64,000 nucleotides of DNA from Eledone cirrhosa (lineage: Eukaryota). The position numbers and the translations under genes were made by a program. This document shows, in pieces, positions 12,952 to 25,422 of this stretch. The stretch covers positions 365,552,001 through 365,616,000 of the forward strand of contig OZ024742.1 of assembly GCA_964016885.1 (NCBI GenBank), read 5' to 3'. The notes under the pieces are model-generated. The model was not told the origin of the DNA. It saw nothing but the letters and a program-made list of their open reading frames with translations, and searched no databases. Position 1 is the stretch's first letter. Each line of letters starts with the position of its first letter.

Positions 12952-12955
<4 letters not shown>
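11869..12955. mobile_element. Family G retrozyme-like element (520-nt unit) with inverted arm
   Basis: Left arm 11869-12400 inverted; right body 12401-12955 has a terminal direct repeat (GTTACTAGATATAAATTC at 12412 and 12932); (TA)n on both sides. Confidence 0.9.
12701..12782 (+). ncRNA. Type I hammerhead with extended UUCG-capped stem II (family G)
   Basis: ACTTTC-CTGATGA-C-GGGATG..TACACCTTC(TTCG)GAAGATGTA..CATTCC-A-GAAA-CTAATTAG-TT-GGAAGT; mirror 11920-12001 (-). Confidence 0.85.
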
Positions 12956-13006
<51 letters not shown>

Positions 13007-13867
13007 TACATATAAAACTTAACTTTGATAGGTTTCAGCCAGTATTGGCCCAGACCATGTCTAATATAATAGGACCACCTGACGAAGTCTTTCAAATTTG
13101 TCCAAAGACGTCTTGAACTTTATGGGGTCTGTTTCTGTTTTAATTGTGTCGCTATGTTGACTTTTGTGCCTGTGCCTCTCTGTCACGTATCTTAACGGTT
13201 CGACAAACAACATCGATAAAATAATAACCAGACATGAAAACAATAACACCTGAGATACATGTGGTTGAGTAAAGCAAGGCAGTGTTCTAGAGATACAACA
13301 ACAACGACGACAAAGACGACGACGACGACGACGACCACCACCACCAGCACAACAACAACAATAACGACAACATTTTGTATCATTAATAACAATCCTGTAA
13401 TCACTCAACATCTCGTCTCTCTAAAACCTGTCTGGGAGGTATGATACCTGGAGAGAGAAATCCCGAACGCCGTGATAGTGAATGGTAGGACCAGATACTG
13501 AGCGGGAAGAAACACAGGTGGAAGCCAATGCACTGATAAAATGAATAAGAATATGGAGAAAATATATTCATGAAGTTTCATTATCTGCTGTATACAGAAA
13601 CATGGATTAAAATAAGTCTTACCATACACCGTTAATATCATGGTGTAACAATAACATTAATTCATTTAAAAGAGAAACAGTTTGAAATATGGTGAACAAG
13701 AGAACAACAAGACTAGCTGTATCCAGTCATGTCAACAAATAACGAAATACCACAAAGAGAAATATAATTTAGAGGAGCCAGTTATACAAATTTCCCTGAC
13801 ATTATATCAAACATACTCTATAACATAAGGTATATAATAACGGTTCTTTTCTTTTTTCATAGGTGGA

Positions 13868-15376
13868 TGTTGTCTTACAAAGTGACTTGATTCGAGGACG
13901 GCTATTATCTTACAAAGTGACTTGATCCGAGGATGAGTGTTGTCTTACAAAGTGACTTCATCCGAGGACGGCTGTTGTCTTACAAAGTGACTTGATCCGT
14001 GGACGGCTGTTGTCTTACAAAGTGACTTGATCCGTGGACGGCTATTATCTTACAAAGTGACTTGATCCGAGTATGAGTGTTGTCTTACAAAGTGACTTGA
14101 TCCGAGGACGGCTGCTGTCTTACAAAGTGACTTAATCCGAGGTCGGCTGCTGTCTTACAAAGTGACTTGCTCCGAGGACGGCTGTTGTCTTACAAAGTGA
14201 CTTGCTCCGAGGATGGCTGCTGTCTTACAAAGTGACTTGATCCGTGGACGGTTGTTGTCTTACAAAGTGACTTGATCCGTGGACGGCTGTTTTCTTACAA
14301 AGTGACTTGATCTGAGGATGGGTGTTGTCTTACAAAGTGACTTGATCCGAGGCCGGCTGCTGTCTTACAAAGTGACTTGATCCGAGGACGGCTGCTGTCT
14401 TACAAAGTGACTTGATCCGAGGACGGCTGTTGTCTTACAAAGTGACTTGATCCGTGGACGGCTGTTGTCTTACAAAGTGACTTGAACCGTGGACGGCTGT
14501 TGTCTTACAAAGTGACTTGACACGAGGACGGCTGCTGTCTTACAAAGTGACTTGATCCGAGGATGGGTGTTGTCTTACGAAGTTACTTGATCCGTGGACG
14601 GTTGTTGTCTTACAAAGTGACTTGATCCGAGGACGGCTGTTTTCTTACAAAGTGACTTGATCCGAGGATGGGTGTTGTCTTACAAAGTGACTTGATCCGT
14701 GGACGGCTATTATCTTACAAAGTGACTTGATCCGAGTATGAGTGTTGTCTTACAAAGTGACTTGATCCAAGGACGGCTGCTGTCTTACAAAGTGACTTAA
14801 TCCGAGGTCGGCTGCTGTCTTACAAGGTGACTTGATCCGAGGACGGCTGTTGTCTTACAAAGTGACTTGATCCGTGGATGGCTGTTGTCTTACAAAGTTA
14901 CTTGATCCGTGGACGGCTGTTGTCTTACAAAGTGACTTGATCCGTGGACGGCTGTTGTCTTACAAAGTGACTTGATCCGAGGACGGCTGTTTTCTTACAA
15001 AGTGACTTGATCCGAGGACGGCTGTTGTCTTACAAAGTGACTTGATCCGTGGATGGCTGTTGTCTTACAAAGTTACTTGATCCGTGGACGGCTGTTGTTT
15101 TACAAAGTGACTTGATCCGTGGACGGCTGTTGTCTTACAAAGTGACTTGATCCGAGGACGGCTGTTTTCTTACAAAGTGACTTGATCCGAGGATGGGTGT
15201 TGTCTTACAAACTGACTTGATCCGAGGACGGCTGTTGGCTTACAAAGTGACTTGATCCGAGGATGGCTGCTGTCTTACAAAGTGACTTGATCCGAGGATG
15301 GCTGTTGGCTTACAAAGTGACTTGATCCGAGGACGGCTGTTGTCTTACAAAGTGACTTGATCCGAGGATGGCTGTT
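13868..15376. repeat. Minisatellite 35 bp, about 43 copies
   Basis: Unit GTTGTCTTACAAAGTGACTTGATCCGAGGACGGCT; variation confined to a few positions. Confidence 0.95.
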
Positions 15377-15639
15377 GAAAATACAACAATTATGCTGTGG
15401 AAACTTCATCTCCGCCAGTCAATAAAATTTCCCAAAATTATTACAATTAGAGTTCGAGAAAAGAATGTTAACTGCAGGAAATAAATGTTGAATATAAAGT
15501 CAAGGTAGCATTCCTTGTGTTAATTGATATCACGGTGGATATATATGGTCGACAGGTGAGACACTTGTGGTAAGACAATTGGGAAAAATAGAAAAAGAGG
15601 AAAATGAAAGAAAAACTTGAGAGTGAGGTTCATTAATGC

Positions 15640-16355
15640 ATATATATATAGAGAGAGATACATATGTGTGTATATATATAGAGAGAGATGCGTATGTGTG
15701 TATATATATAGAGAGAGATACGTATGTGTGTATATATATAGTGAGAGAGATACGTATGTGTGTGTATATATATAAAGAGAGATACGTATGTGTGTGTATA
15801 TATATAAAGAGAGATACGTATGTGTGTATATATATAAAGAGAGATACGTATGTGTGTATATATATAGAGAGAGATACGTATGTGTGTATATATATAGAGA
15901 GAGATACGTATGTGTGTATATATATAGAGAGAGATACATATGTGTGTATATATATAGAGAGAGATACGTATGTGTATATATATAGTGAGAGAGATACGTA
16001 TGTGTGTGTATATATGGAGAGAGATACGTATGTGTGTATATACATAGAGAGAGATACGTATGTGTGTATATATATAGAGAGAGATACGTATGTGTATATA
16101 TATATAGAGAGATACGTATGCGTGTGTATATATATAAAGAGATACGTATGTGTGTATATATATAGAGAGAGATACGTATGCGTGTGTATATATATAAAGA
16201 GAGATACGTATGTGTATATATAGAGAGAGAGAGATACGTATGTGTGTATATATATAGAGAGAGATACGTATGCGTGTGTATATATATAAAGAGAGATACG
16301 TATGTGTGTATATACATAGAGAGAGATACGTATGTGTGTATATACATAGAGAGAT
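15640..16355. repeat. Compound minisatellite of about 26-30 bp
   Basis: GAGAGAGATACGTATGTGTGTATATATATA repeats. Confidence 0.9.
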
Positions 16356-16851
16356 CAGCGTTTGAGTATATATATCATTCAAAATATACATATCTACACA
16401 TACAATGACATTTCTACACACACGACTTTACATAAACACTTTACAGAATGGCAGATCATTCTTTATACTGACAACATTCTTACGTTTCCAAAAACAGTGG
16501 ACGGTTCTCTCCTCATTATATTTCCATTTACTGTTTATTATTATTTTTGTTGTTGTTGTTGTTAATATTATTATTTTTATTTGTTGTTATTATTATTGTG
16601 GTTGTTGTAGTTGTTGTTATCATTATGTCAAAATAATGCGATTATTTATTTTCATTTCAGAAATAAGAAAAAGAAAAAGGAACTTTCGTCTTAAACTGTT
16701 TCATAATTTAATCATCTCTTCAAGACATCAGCATCTTCAACGGAACATCCCCTGGTGGTGGATAATCACGGTGATATATATTGAAACCTAGAAAAAGACG
16801 GTGGTATACTGAATGTGCGTATGCAGGTTTATATATATATAACTCATACAT

Positions 16852-16970
<119 letters not shown>

Positions 16971-17956
16971 CATAATTATGTAAACATTTTTATTACATGC
17001 ATGTATGTATGTGTTCCTATTCTACACGTACCAATTTTCCTCCTTTCATCTCCATATTGTTTTCCTCCTCTATCATAACCACTTAATTTAATCTCCTTCT
17101 ATATTTTGGATATATTTTCTGTTTTATTTCGTTTTAGCTCGGTTATAACGCCATCACTATTAACACATAAAATTGGCATGTCTACTTAAATATTGAGTGA
17201 ATAGCTACAATCTCTATATATCTACCTATATATCTCACCCTATCATTCTGTCTTTCTTTAGTATCAAAATTAAAGGGAGGTAACACCATTTATGTTTACG
17301 CACATCTTCAATTACGTTAAACTAGCTTAACGCTAAAATGAAAATCAAAAGTATTGTGGTTCCCTTGGATTTTTATTCGCTTGATTTCTTCATATATTTA
17401 TTCAACAAGATTAATAACAATTGTCTGTAAATGACAATATGAGGAGAGAGCTTAAATCTAAAAGGAAATAAATTATGTTCTCAAGAACATTTTGTAGATT
17501 ACTTCTATTCAATACACTTTAATATAATTGCAATATTTTAATAAAATACCTAAATTCAGCTTTTCCCGTACAAACTATTTAACAAAGGCTATAAAAATAT
17601 AAAAATACCGAAAAATTAAAATCAAACGTATATATTTCTAGTTAGTGCCTTTTCGATGTAGAAATGTATTTACGTCTAAATGTTTTGTATTCAGAAAGGT
17701 AAAAAAAAGGAATATGTCCTATGATATTTCTGAGATTGCAGCTGCTCTTACTGGAGTATGCATACCTCTAATCGTTTAGTGAGCGATCATTTCGTTCTAG
17801 TTTATATCTACTATTGGAGGTGGACTGGTCAAGTCGTTTGAACATCATATACAACCCTCTGCTGTATCCGTTCAATCTCTCCGCGCTCACAATTCAGATA
17901 CCGCCAAGTTTAAGTTTCTCTTTAATTATTTCGTGACTGATAAAATACCAATCCAG

Positions 17957-18204
17957 TTCGTCCCTTCTATCGCCTACTGTGAAAGAAATAGGTAGCGTTC
18001 ACACATAAATAAGGATGGCTCTTTCAGGTTGAAATGACCAATTCGTCGGGGTCTACGTACACCCTACATCCGCCATACAAGCTCCGGCCACCCGGAGCCT
18101 TTATAATTTTAAACCGATAAAGTTTAATGTTAACAATAATTAATTATAGATCTAAAACATTTATTCAAATATTGAGACATTTATATATTTTTGCAGTATA
18201 ATTT

Positions 18205-18207
<3 letters not shown>
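17957..18207. repeat. Unclassified dispersed repeat (family I)
   Basis: Reverse-complement copy at 28228-28472; contains hairpin GCTCCGG-CCAC-CCGGAGC; abuts (TA)n. Confidence 0.7.
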
Positions 18208-18246
<39 letters not shown>

Positions 18247-18958
18247 AATACATTATCGGAGAAAGCTTTTAGCAATACTCCGGCCAAATTCCAACTCACT
18301 CAAGAAACATTAGGAAATAAGTGAGTATATTCCTAATTAAACGTTCGGGGTGCTAACTAAATGTATTGTGTGGAAAATTGGCTGTATTATTTCATATGAG
18401 ACATATCGAATATATCTATATATTTCAAGTTGTCAATGATGTAGTGATAATATATCGTCACGTTAGAGATGAACAGTGTACGTATAGGTTTGCTCAACGA
18501 GTATGAATTATATTCCGGAGAAAATGTAGAAAAGATGGATATAAAATGAAAGTGCTTTTATAAAGGAATTTATTAGGTATTGACATATGTTTCTGTAACA
18601 GACGGAATACCTATGTATCGCTGCTTGCGTAATCATATAATCTTAGCAAGTATTCGATAGCAAATATATAATCAGTTGTCACTTCTTCAGAGATATTGGA
18701 TAAATTGGAAAAAATCAGAAAAATTAAAGTATTTATATTAGTTGTAAGAAAGGAAGAAGAGAAGGGATAGTATATGACAGATGGCAATTCAATTTGCTGG
18801 TAAACAAGTATATAGAAGGTTTTTAATGAGAATACAATGAGTATATGGCTTATTTTATCTAAATAAGAATTTTTGGGAGTGCCTATTTTAATTTATAATT
18901 TGTGTTATAGATTAAAATAGGCACTATTTTAATCTATAATTTTTGGGAGTCCCTATGC

Positions 18959-20429
18959 TTTGATATAACTATGGGTTCCAATGATTCGGCGGAAGTAACT
19001 GATCTTGTGGGAATTTATAACACCCACAGACTACAAGGAAAATTCAAGGATCTCCACGGTGGACTCTACCGTGACGATGCGCTCCTATTAGTTAAGCATA
19101 TGAATAACCAAAATTTAGAAAGGATGCGTAAAAATATTAGAAAGCTTTTTAAGGAATTAGGATTAAATATTACGTTTGAATATAACCTCAAAGAGTGTTA
19201 CTTTGAATCTCAATAAAGAAACGAGTAAATCGTTCCATAAACTAAATGAGAACCTTAAATATGTAAATACGGGTTCTAACCATCCACCCTCTATAATTAA
19301 ATCCATCCCTAGAAATATTTCCCTTAGAATCTCCCGCCTGTCGTTCAACCAGAAAACCTTCAAAGAACATGCCGAATATTATGATGATGCACTTAGGAAG
19401 GCTGGACACCTAGATAATATAGAGTATATAGTCGACGATCACCAAAACACCCAAAATAAATCTCATAGAGGTAGAAATAGCATAGAATCACCGCCATACA
19501 TACACTACCGCAATACACACACTAATAGTCGCACACCACCAAATAGAAGGCGATGTAAAGAGTATATATTGTACAACCCGGTCTATAACAACTCTATTAA
19601 AACCAATCTACCCTCACAATTCTTTCGCTAATAGTCGCACGTCACCAAACAGAAGGCGATGTAAAGAGTATATATGGTACAACCCGGTCTATAACAACTC
19701 TATTAAAACCAATCTACCCTCACAATTCTTTAGATTAGTTACAAAACATTTTCCAACATCACATAAATATAATAAAACCTTAAACCCTAACACTATTCGA
19801 CTTTCATATTCAACCGCCCCTAATATTGAACAACATATAAAAAAGCTTAACGCAAAACGGTTGTATAAACGCCTTCCAACACATAACAATACACGTAAAA
19901 CATCGGCTATAACATCACAAAACAACAAACAACATCCCGTCCTGCCTAAGCAACCTCATCAATCCATCCATGGTAATACAACAACGCATAATTATAACTG
20001 TAACTGTGTCCAACCAGGAATGTGTCCGTGGAACAATCAGTGTCTTGAACGTAACATCATATACAAATGTACTATCGAATCGGGTAGCCAGAAGTGGTAC
20101 TATGTGGGGTCTACAGCTACCTTCTTCAAATCTCGCCTTTATAGACATCGTTACTCGATAAAACATGAAAACCAGCGTTATGTAACAACACTCGCAGACA
20201 AGGTTTGGCAGCTGCGCGAAAATAACCAACAATTTAACCTAAAATGGGTTATAATAGCGGTGCCCCTGCATATTTCCAAGGACAGGAATTTTGTAAATTG
20301 TGTAATATGGAAATATTTTGTATTATGAAATCCAAATTTTTTTTATTAAATAACAGAATAGAGCGATCGTTATACTGTAACCATCGCTTGAAATCTACAT
20401 TTTCATATTACAAACGCTACCAGGATTGA
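18959..20429 (+). pseudogene. Frameshifted RT plus GIY-YIG ORF of Naiad-like PLE 1
   Basis: ORF pieces 18971-19216, 19176-19631, 19861-20328, 20244-20429; internal duplication of about 107 bp at 19522-19733. Confidence 0.85.
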
Positions 20430-20898
20430 ACGCCTGTCTCCATCTCCGTTTGATTGTCAAAATACATATTAACATTCTCTATTAGTCTTAATTCTATCAA
20501 CTCTTCTATTCTTTACCATTTAATATAAACTGCTATAGATAAAATGAGATTTCTTAATTCAATTCCCTAATGCATATACCAGCAGGCTACCAACATTGTT
20601 GTTATACAGTAACAGTGAAAATCTCTCTCTTCCTTACTTGACACATTATATCTGTATTAATACTACTACACCAAACGACCAGCCCTGTCCATTGATCAAT
20701 TGGTCAAATATAGATTAAAATAGGCACTCCCAAAAATTATTATTTAGATAAAATAAGCCATATACTCATTGTAACCTTCTATATACTTGTTTACCAGCAA
20801 ATTGAATTGCCATCTGTCATATACTATCCCTTCTCTTCTTCCTTTCTTACAACTAATATAAATACTTAAATTTTTCTGATTTTTTCCAATTTATCCAA

Positions 20899-21016
20899 TA
20901 TCTCTGAAGAAGTGACAACTGATTATACATTTGCTAACGAATACTTGCTAACATTATATGATTACGCAAGCAGCGATACATAGGTATTCCGTCTGTTACA
21001 GAAACATATGTCAATA
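20899..21016 (+). ncRNA. Hammerhead with long stem II insert (Naiad 1 pLTR)
   Basis: CTGAAGA-A-GTGACA...TGTTAC-A-GAAA-CATATG-TC; weak stem I; mirror 18578-18695 (-). Confidence 0.65.
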
Positions 21017-21083
21017 CCTAATAAATTCCTTTATAAAAGCACTTTCATTTTATATTCATATTTTCTATATATATATATATATG

Positions 21084-21595
21084 GAGGAAGTTATAGTTCA
21101 CTTGAAGCATTGTGTAATGAGGTATAAGCGTTTGTATATGTATAATAAAGCCAAACCAATGCAGGTATGGACATAGAATAAAGAATGCAAATGCAAAAGA
21201 TATTGTTGACAATTAGTCTTTACCTTAGATTTATTTAAATGTCCTTAATTTTCGAGATAATATCTCTTCTTCGGAGGGAAGTAAAGCGGTTAAACCAGTG
21301 TTCTAAATAGCTTGCCAAGTCATGCAGACAGGGAATGGTATAGAGTATCTGTTCTATCTCTAATGTCAAAGAGTTAGGTTAGGTGGATAAAGAGTAGTCT
21401 CCCTTTAAAGGGTTTTTTTGTACATGCCTGTTTAAGTGTGTGGGAGAATGCAGGAAGGTGTAAGTATGTGAGTGTGTGTGTGTGAGTATGAGAAGATATG
21501 TCTATACGTAAATGTGGGGGATAGATGTTATCTCGTGTTAGAACTGGTCTTTGTGTGTGTATGTGTGTGTGTGAGAGAGAATAAGTGGAGGTGTA

Positions 21596-21644
<49 letters not shown>

Positions 21645-23340
21645 GTGTAAATATGGGGCTAGAAGCTCTATCAAGTTATTAATTGGGTGTTGAGTTCTAG
21701 TCTATTATTGATTGGTGGTTGTGTTTTATCTATAATTAGTGCTTCCTTAATTCTAAGATTGCCGAGGTTTCTTTCCTAACTGTTATGGTTTTGTCGGTGT
21801 TGTCGGTGTTTTGCATTTAACTAGGTGTTAAATGCAAACACACCGACAAAACCATAACAGTTAGGATAGAAACTAAGGAAAGAAACCTCGGCAATCTTAG
21901 AATTAAGGAAGCACTAATTATAGACAAAACACAACCACCAATCAATAATAGACTAGAACTCAACACCCAATTTATAACTTGCAGGTAACAGAGGAAGGGT
22001 AACAGAGGAAGGCAACATCCACGCCTGCTTCTATAAAAAAGCCGCCAGCAGAGACCTGTTCGTACATTTCAGATCGGCCCTCCCAGCCGGCGCTAACTTC
22101 GGATACATAAAGAACGAACTAACACGTATCCGGAACAAATGCACCGACGCTAGAGACCGAGACACACACACCACATATTTCCTGGAAGTACTCAAACTGA
22201 ACAGATACACGACATCCACCACAAACCGTGCCAGAAAGAACAGAGGACACCACACCCGAGGCACTAACACTTGCTTCCTGAAGCTCCCACACTTCAGTGA
22301 CGAAACAACAATAGCCATCCGCAGAGCTGTCAGACGAGAGGGACTAGATATCCAACTGGCCCACTCAGGTCCTTCTCTACGCGGACAGCTAACCAAAAGA
22401 CACTCCACCAGACATGAAAACTGCTGCAGGCTAGCCAACTGACCCACCAACAACACAGACCTATGCCACCAGGCTTACGTCGTATACAGACTAGAGTGTG
22501 ACAAATGCAGCAACTTCTACGTAGGTAGCACCACCAGACCACTCCACATAAGAATAAAAGAACACCTCAATACTAACGCTTCCTCATTTAAGAAACACCT
22601 AGTTAAATGCAAAAACACCGAAAAAACCATAACAGTTAGGATAGAAACTAAGGAAAGAAACCTCGGCAATCTTAGAATAAGGAAGCACTAATTATAGACA
22701 AAACACAACCACCAATCAATAATAGACTAGAACTCAACACCCAATTTATAACTGGATAGAGCTTCTAGTCCCATATTTACACACACACCCCACATACACA
22801 CGCACACACACACACACACACACGCACACACACACACACACACATACACACACATACACACACACGCTTACACCTCCACTTATTCTCTCTCACACACATA
22901 CATACACACACAAAGACCAGTTCTAACACGAGATAACATCTATCCCCCACATTTACGTATAGACATATCTTCTCACACTCACACACACACACTCACATAC
23001 TTACACCTTCATGCATTCTCCCACACACTTAAACAGGCATGTATAAAAAGAAACCCTTTTAAAGGGAGACTACTCTATCCACCTAACCAAACTCTTTGAC
23101 ATTAGAGATAGAACAGATACTCTATACCATTCCCTGTCAGCATGACTTGGCAAGCTATTTAGAACACTGGTTTAACCGCTTTACTTCCCTCCGAAGAAGA
23201 GATATTATCTCGAAAATTAAGGACATTTAAATAAATCCAAGGTAAAAGACTAATTGCCAACAATATCTTTTGCATTTGCATTCTTTATTCTATGTCTATA
23301 CCTGCATTGTTTTGGCTTTATTATACATATACAAACGTTT
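21084..23340 (+). mobile_element. Penelope-like element (Nematis-like, tentative) with inverted pLTR
   Basis: Frame from about 22020 reads FYKKAASRDLFVHFRSALP...VVYRLECDKCSNFYVGSTTRPLHIRIKEH...EALII; about 21125-21830 is inverted versus about 22595-23340. Confidence 0.82.
23188..23222 (+). ncRNA. Minimal hammerhead-like motif with CCGAAGA core
   Basis: CCT-CCGAAGA-A-GAGAT(ATT)ATCTC-GAAA-AT-TA-AGG; same core variant in mirror 21243-21277 (-). Confidence 0.55.
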
Positions 23341-23399
23341 GTATATATATATATATATGTATATACATATATATGCATATATATACATATGTACATATA

Positions 23400-23461
<62 letters not shown>

Positions 23462-23496
23462 ATATATATATACATATATATGTATATATATACATA

Positions 23497-23539
<43 letters not shown>

Positions 23540-23591
23540 GCATAGTATGAAAAAACGAAAAATCAGTGATGCATCTGGACTCAATTTATTG

Positions 23592-23682
23592 CGTGTTACA
23601 ATTGTTTCGCCTGGAGGTAGCTCGATACATGATCACTGTATGGAACTGGGTGATTCTACGGCTGCAGGTTCATTCAGACACG
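23592..23682 (-). ncRNA. Hammerhead-like motif with long stem II (family F)
   Basis: Minus strand CGTGT-CTGAATGA-ACCTG...CAGGC-GAAA-CAATTG-TA-ACACG; one extra nt in the core. Confidence 0.6.
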
Positions 23683-24249
23683 GGTAGTTCGTACGGAGCA
23701 AATTTTATCACTGGGCTGTTATCATAACCAAAACACCTTCAAAAAACCTCTTCCACTTTTGTCATGCCATTGGCTGTTGTTACTCCACGTCAACTTAAGT
23801 TCTGGTCACTATTTACTGCTACACGGGTCATCAGCCATTTTCCGTTCGACACACTTCAATGGAGTCATGTTGGGTTCAGTACCTCCCACGTCTGTTCACA
23901 CATCAGAGTATGTACCCACACATACACATACACTCACATATATACACACGCAGGCAGACACAGACACATGCGTGCATACACATATGTACGCATACATGCG
24001 TAGATACATACACCCCCACACATATATATATATACACACGCACACACTCTCCCTCTCTTCCACAGACCCAGGTACACCCACTTCTAGATACCGACCGCTA
24101 CAAGCCTATTAGCGCTGCTTAAGCCGCGCCATATATCCGGTCCGACAGGCACGTCCCACGCAAACATACACATATACACACACATACGCGCGCACACATA
24201 CCTACGCACAACCTTATATACATATATATACACACATACACACACATAT

Positions 24250-24285
<36 letters not shown>

Positions 24286-24572
24286 ATAGAAGTGGATGGA
24301 TACTTCAACAGGTACAATGTACTTGTAGAAATATTCAAGTTGTTTATAATACATGTGGTTCAATGGCACTAATTCGAGATACCAGAACAATATAAAAGTA
24401 GCGAAACAAACGGTTATTAAACAATTTTCTAAATAAATTAAAAAATGATTAAATAATCACCTGTTCAGATGCTGTTACCGACGGTTTCATCATTCCGAAA
24501 GATTGGAAATCCAACGAATTTCCAATAGGGAGCATAATATTTACTTGCTATACCTTATAGCGTGGAAATAGG

Positions 24573-24653
24573 GCTGTCTGAAGATTCATTTCTTTCCATT
24601 GGAAATTCGTTGGATTTCCAATCTTTCGGAATGATGAAACCGTCGGTAACAGC
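24573..24653 (+). ncRNA. Type I hammerhead (family J, copy 1)
   Basis: GCTGT-CTGAAGA-T-TCATTTC..ATTGGAAATTC(GTT)GGATTTCCAAT..GGAATGA-T-GAAA-CCGTCGG-TA-ACAGC. Confidence 0.88.
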
Positions 24654-25029
24654 ATCTGAACAGGTGACTATTTAATCATTTTTTAATTTATTTAGAAAAT
24701 TGTTTAATAACCGTTTGTTTCGCTACTTTTATATTGTTCTGGTATCTCGAATTAGTGCCATTGAACCACATGTATTATAAACAACTTGAATATTTCTACA
24801 AGTACATTGTACCTGTTGAAGTATCCATCCACTTCTATAATTTATTCTCCTTACGTAGAGAACAAAACGTTGAATAATGCCGCTAATTTTAGTGACAATT
24901 CGACATGTTTATAATATCCAGCTTTTATCAGCGACCTGATTTGCGTGTGTGTCACTTTAACGGCTTGACCGCATGCGTTGGGCAGGGAGCATAATATTTA
25001 CTTGCTATACCTTATAGCGTGGAAATAGG

Positions 25030-25110
25030 GCTGTCTGAAGATTCATTTCTTTCCATTGGAAATTCGTTGGATTTCCAATCTTTCGGAATGATGAAACCGT
25101 CGGTAACAGC
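25030..25110 (+). ncRNA. Type I hammerhead (family J, copy 2)
   Basis: Identical motif 457 nt downstream of copy 1. Confidence 0.88.
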
Positions 25111-25182
25111 ATCTGAACAGGTGATTATTTAATCATTTTTTAATTTATTTAGAAAATTGTTTAATAACCGTTTGTTTCGCTA

Positions 25183-25237
<55 letters not shown>

Positions 25238-25422
25238 TACATGAATGAAAGTTCTGTTCAAATCATTTATTAGCTTACAATTGTAATACTATATATATAT
25301 ATATATATATATATACATGCACACACATACATACAAAATACACATGCGTACACAAAATTACATACACACATATATACACTCACATATATATATATATACA
25401 AATGTACATATATATATATACA

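Larger units (their letters stand above)
18528..21066 (+). mobile_element. Naiad-like Penelope retroelement, 5'-truncated, with inverted pLTR
   Basis: RT FDITMGSNDSAEVTDLVG...GLYRDD, thumb YVNTGSNHPP, CNC..CP..C linker, GIY-YIG IIYKC..YVGST, C-terminal CKLC..CNH; 18528-18900 is an inverted copy of about 20706-21066. Confidence 0.88.
24282..25189 (+). mobile_element. Family J retrozyme-like element, 457-nt unit, two tandem HHRs plus inverted arm
   Basis: 24282-24526 inverted versus about 24597-24843; AGGGAGCATAAT at 24527 and 24985; (TA)n flanks. Confidence 0.9.

Noticed and set aside
13090-13200. LINE C-terminal-like peptide IKFKTSLDKF (-), and an RTE-like [11 protein letters not shown] fragment near 4100-4185 (-)
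   Set aside because: Too short and degenerate to classify without a search
13868-15376. CRISPR-like 35-bp periodic array
   Set aside because: Units are contiguous with no unique spacers, no cas genes, and the context is eukaryotic
15520-16421. Long YIYTH-type ORFs, and the other YI/CV/TH ORFs in the track
   Set aside because: Dinucleotide repeats lack stop codons
19990-20400. Selenocysteine recoding in the Naiad-like elements
   Set aside because: The Cys motifs read as TGT/TGC in both Naiad copies
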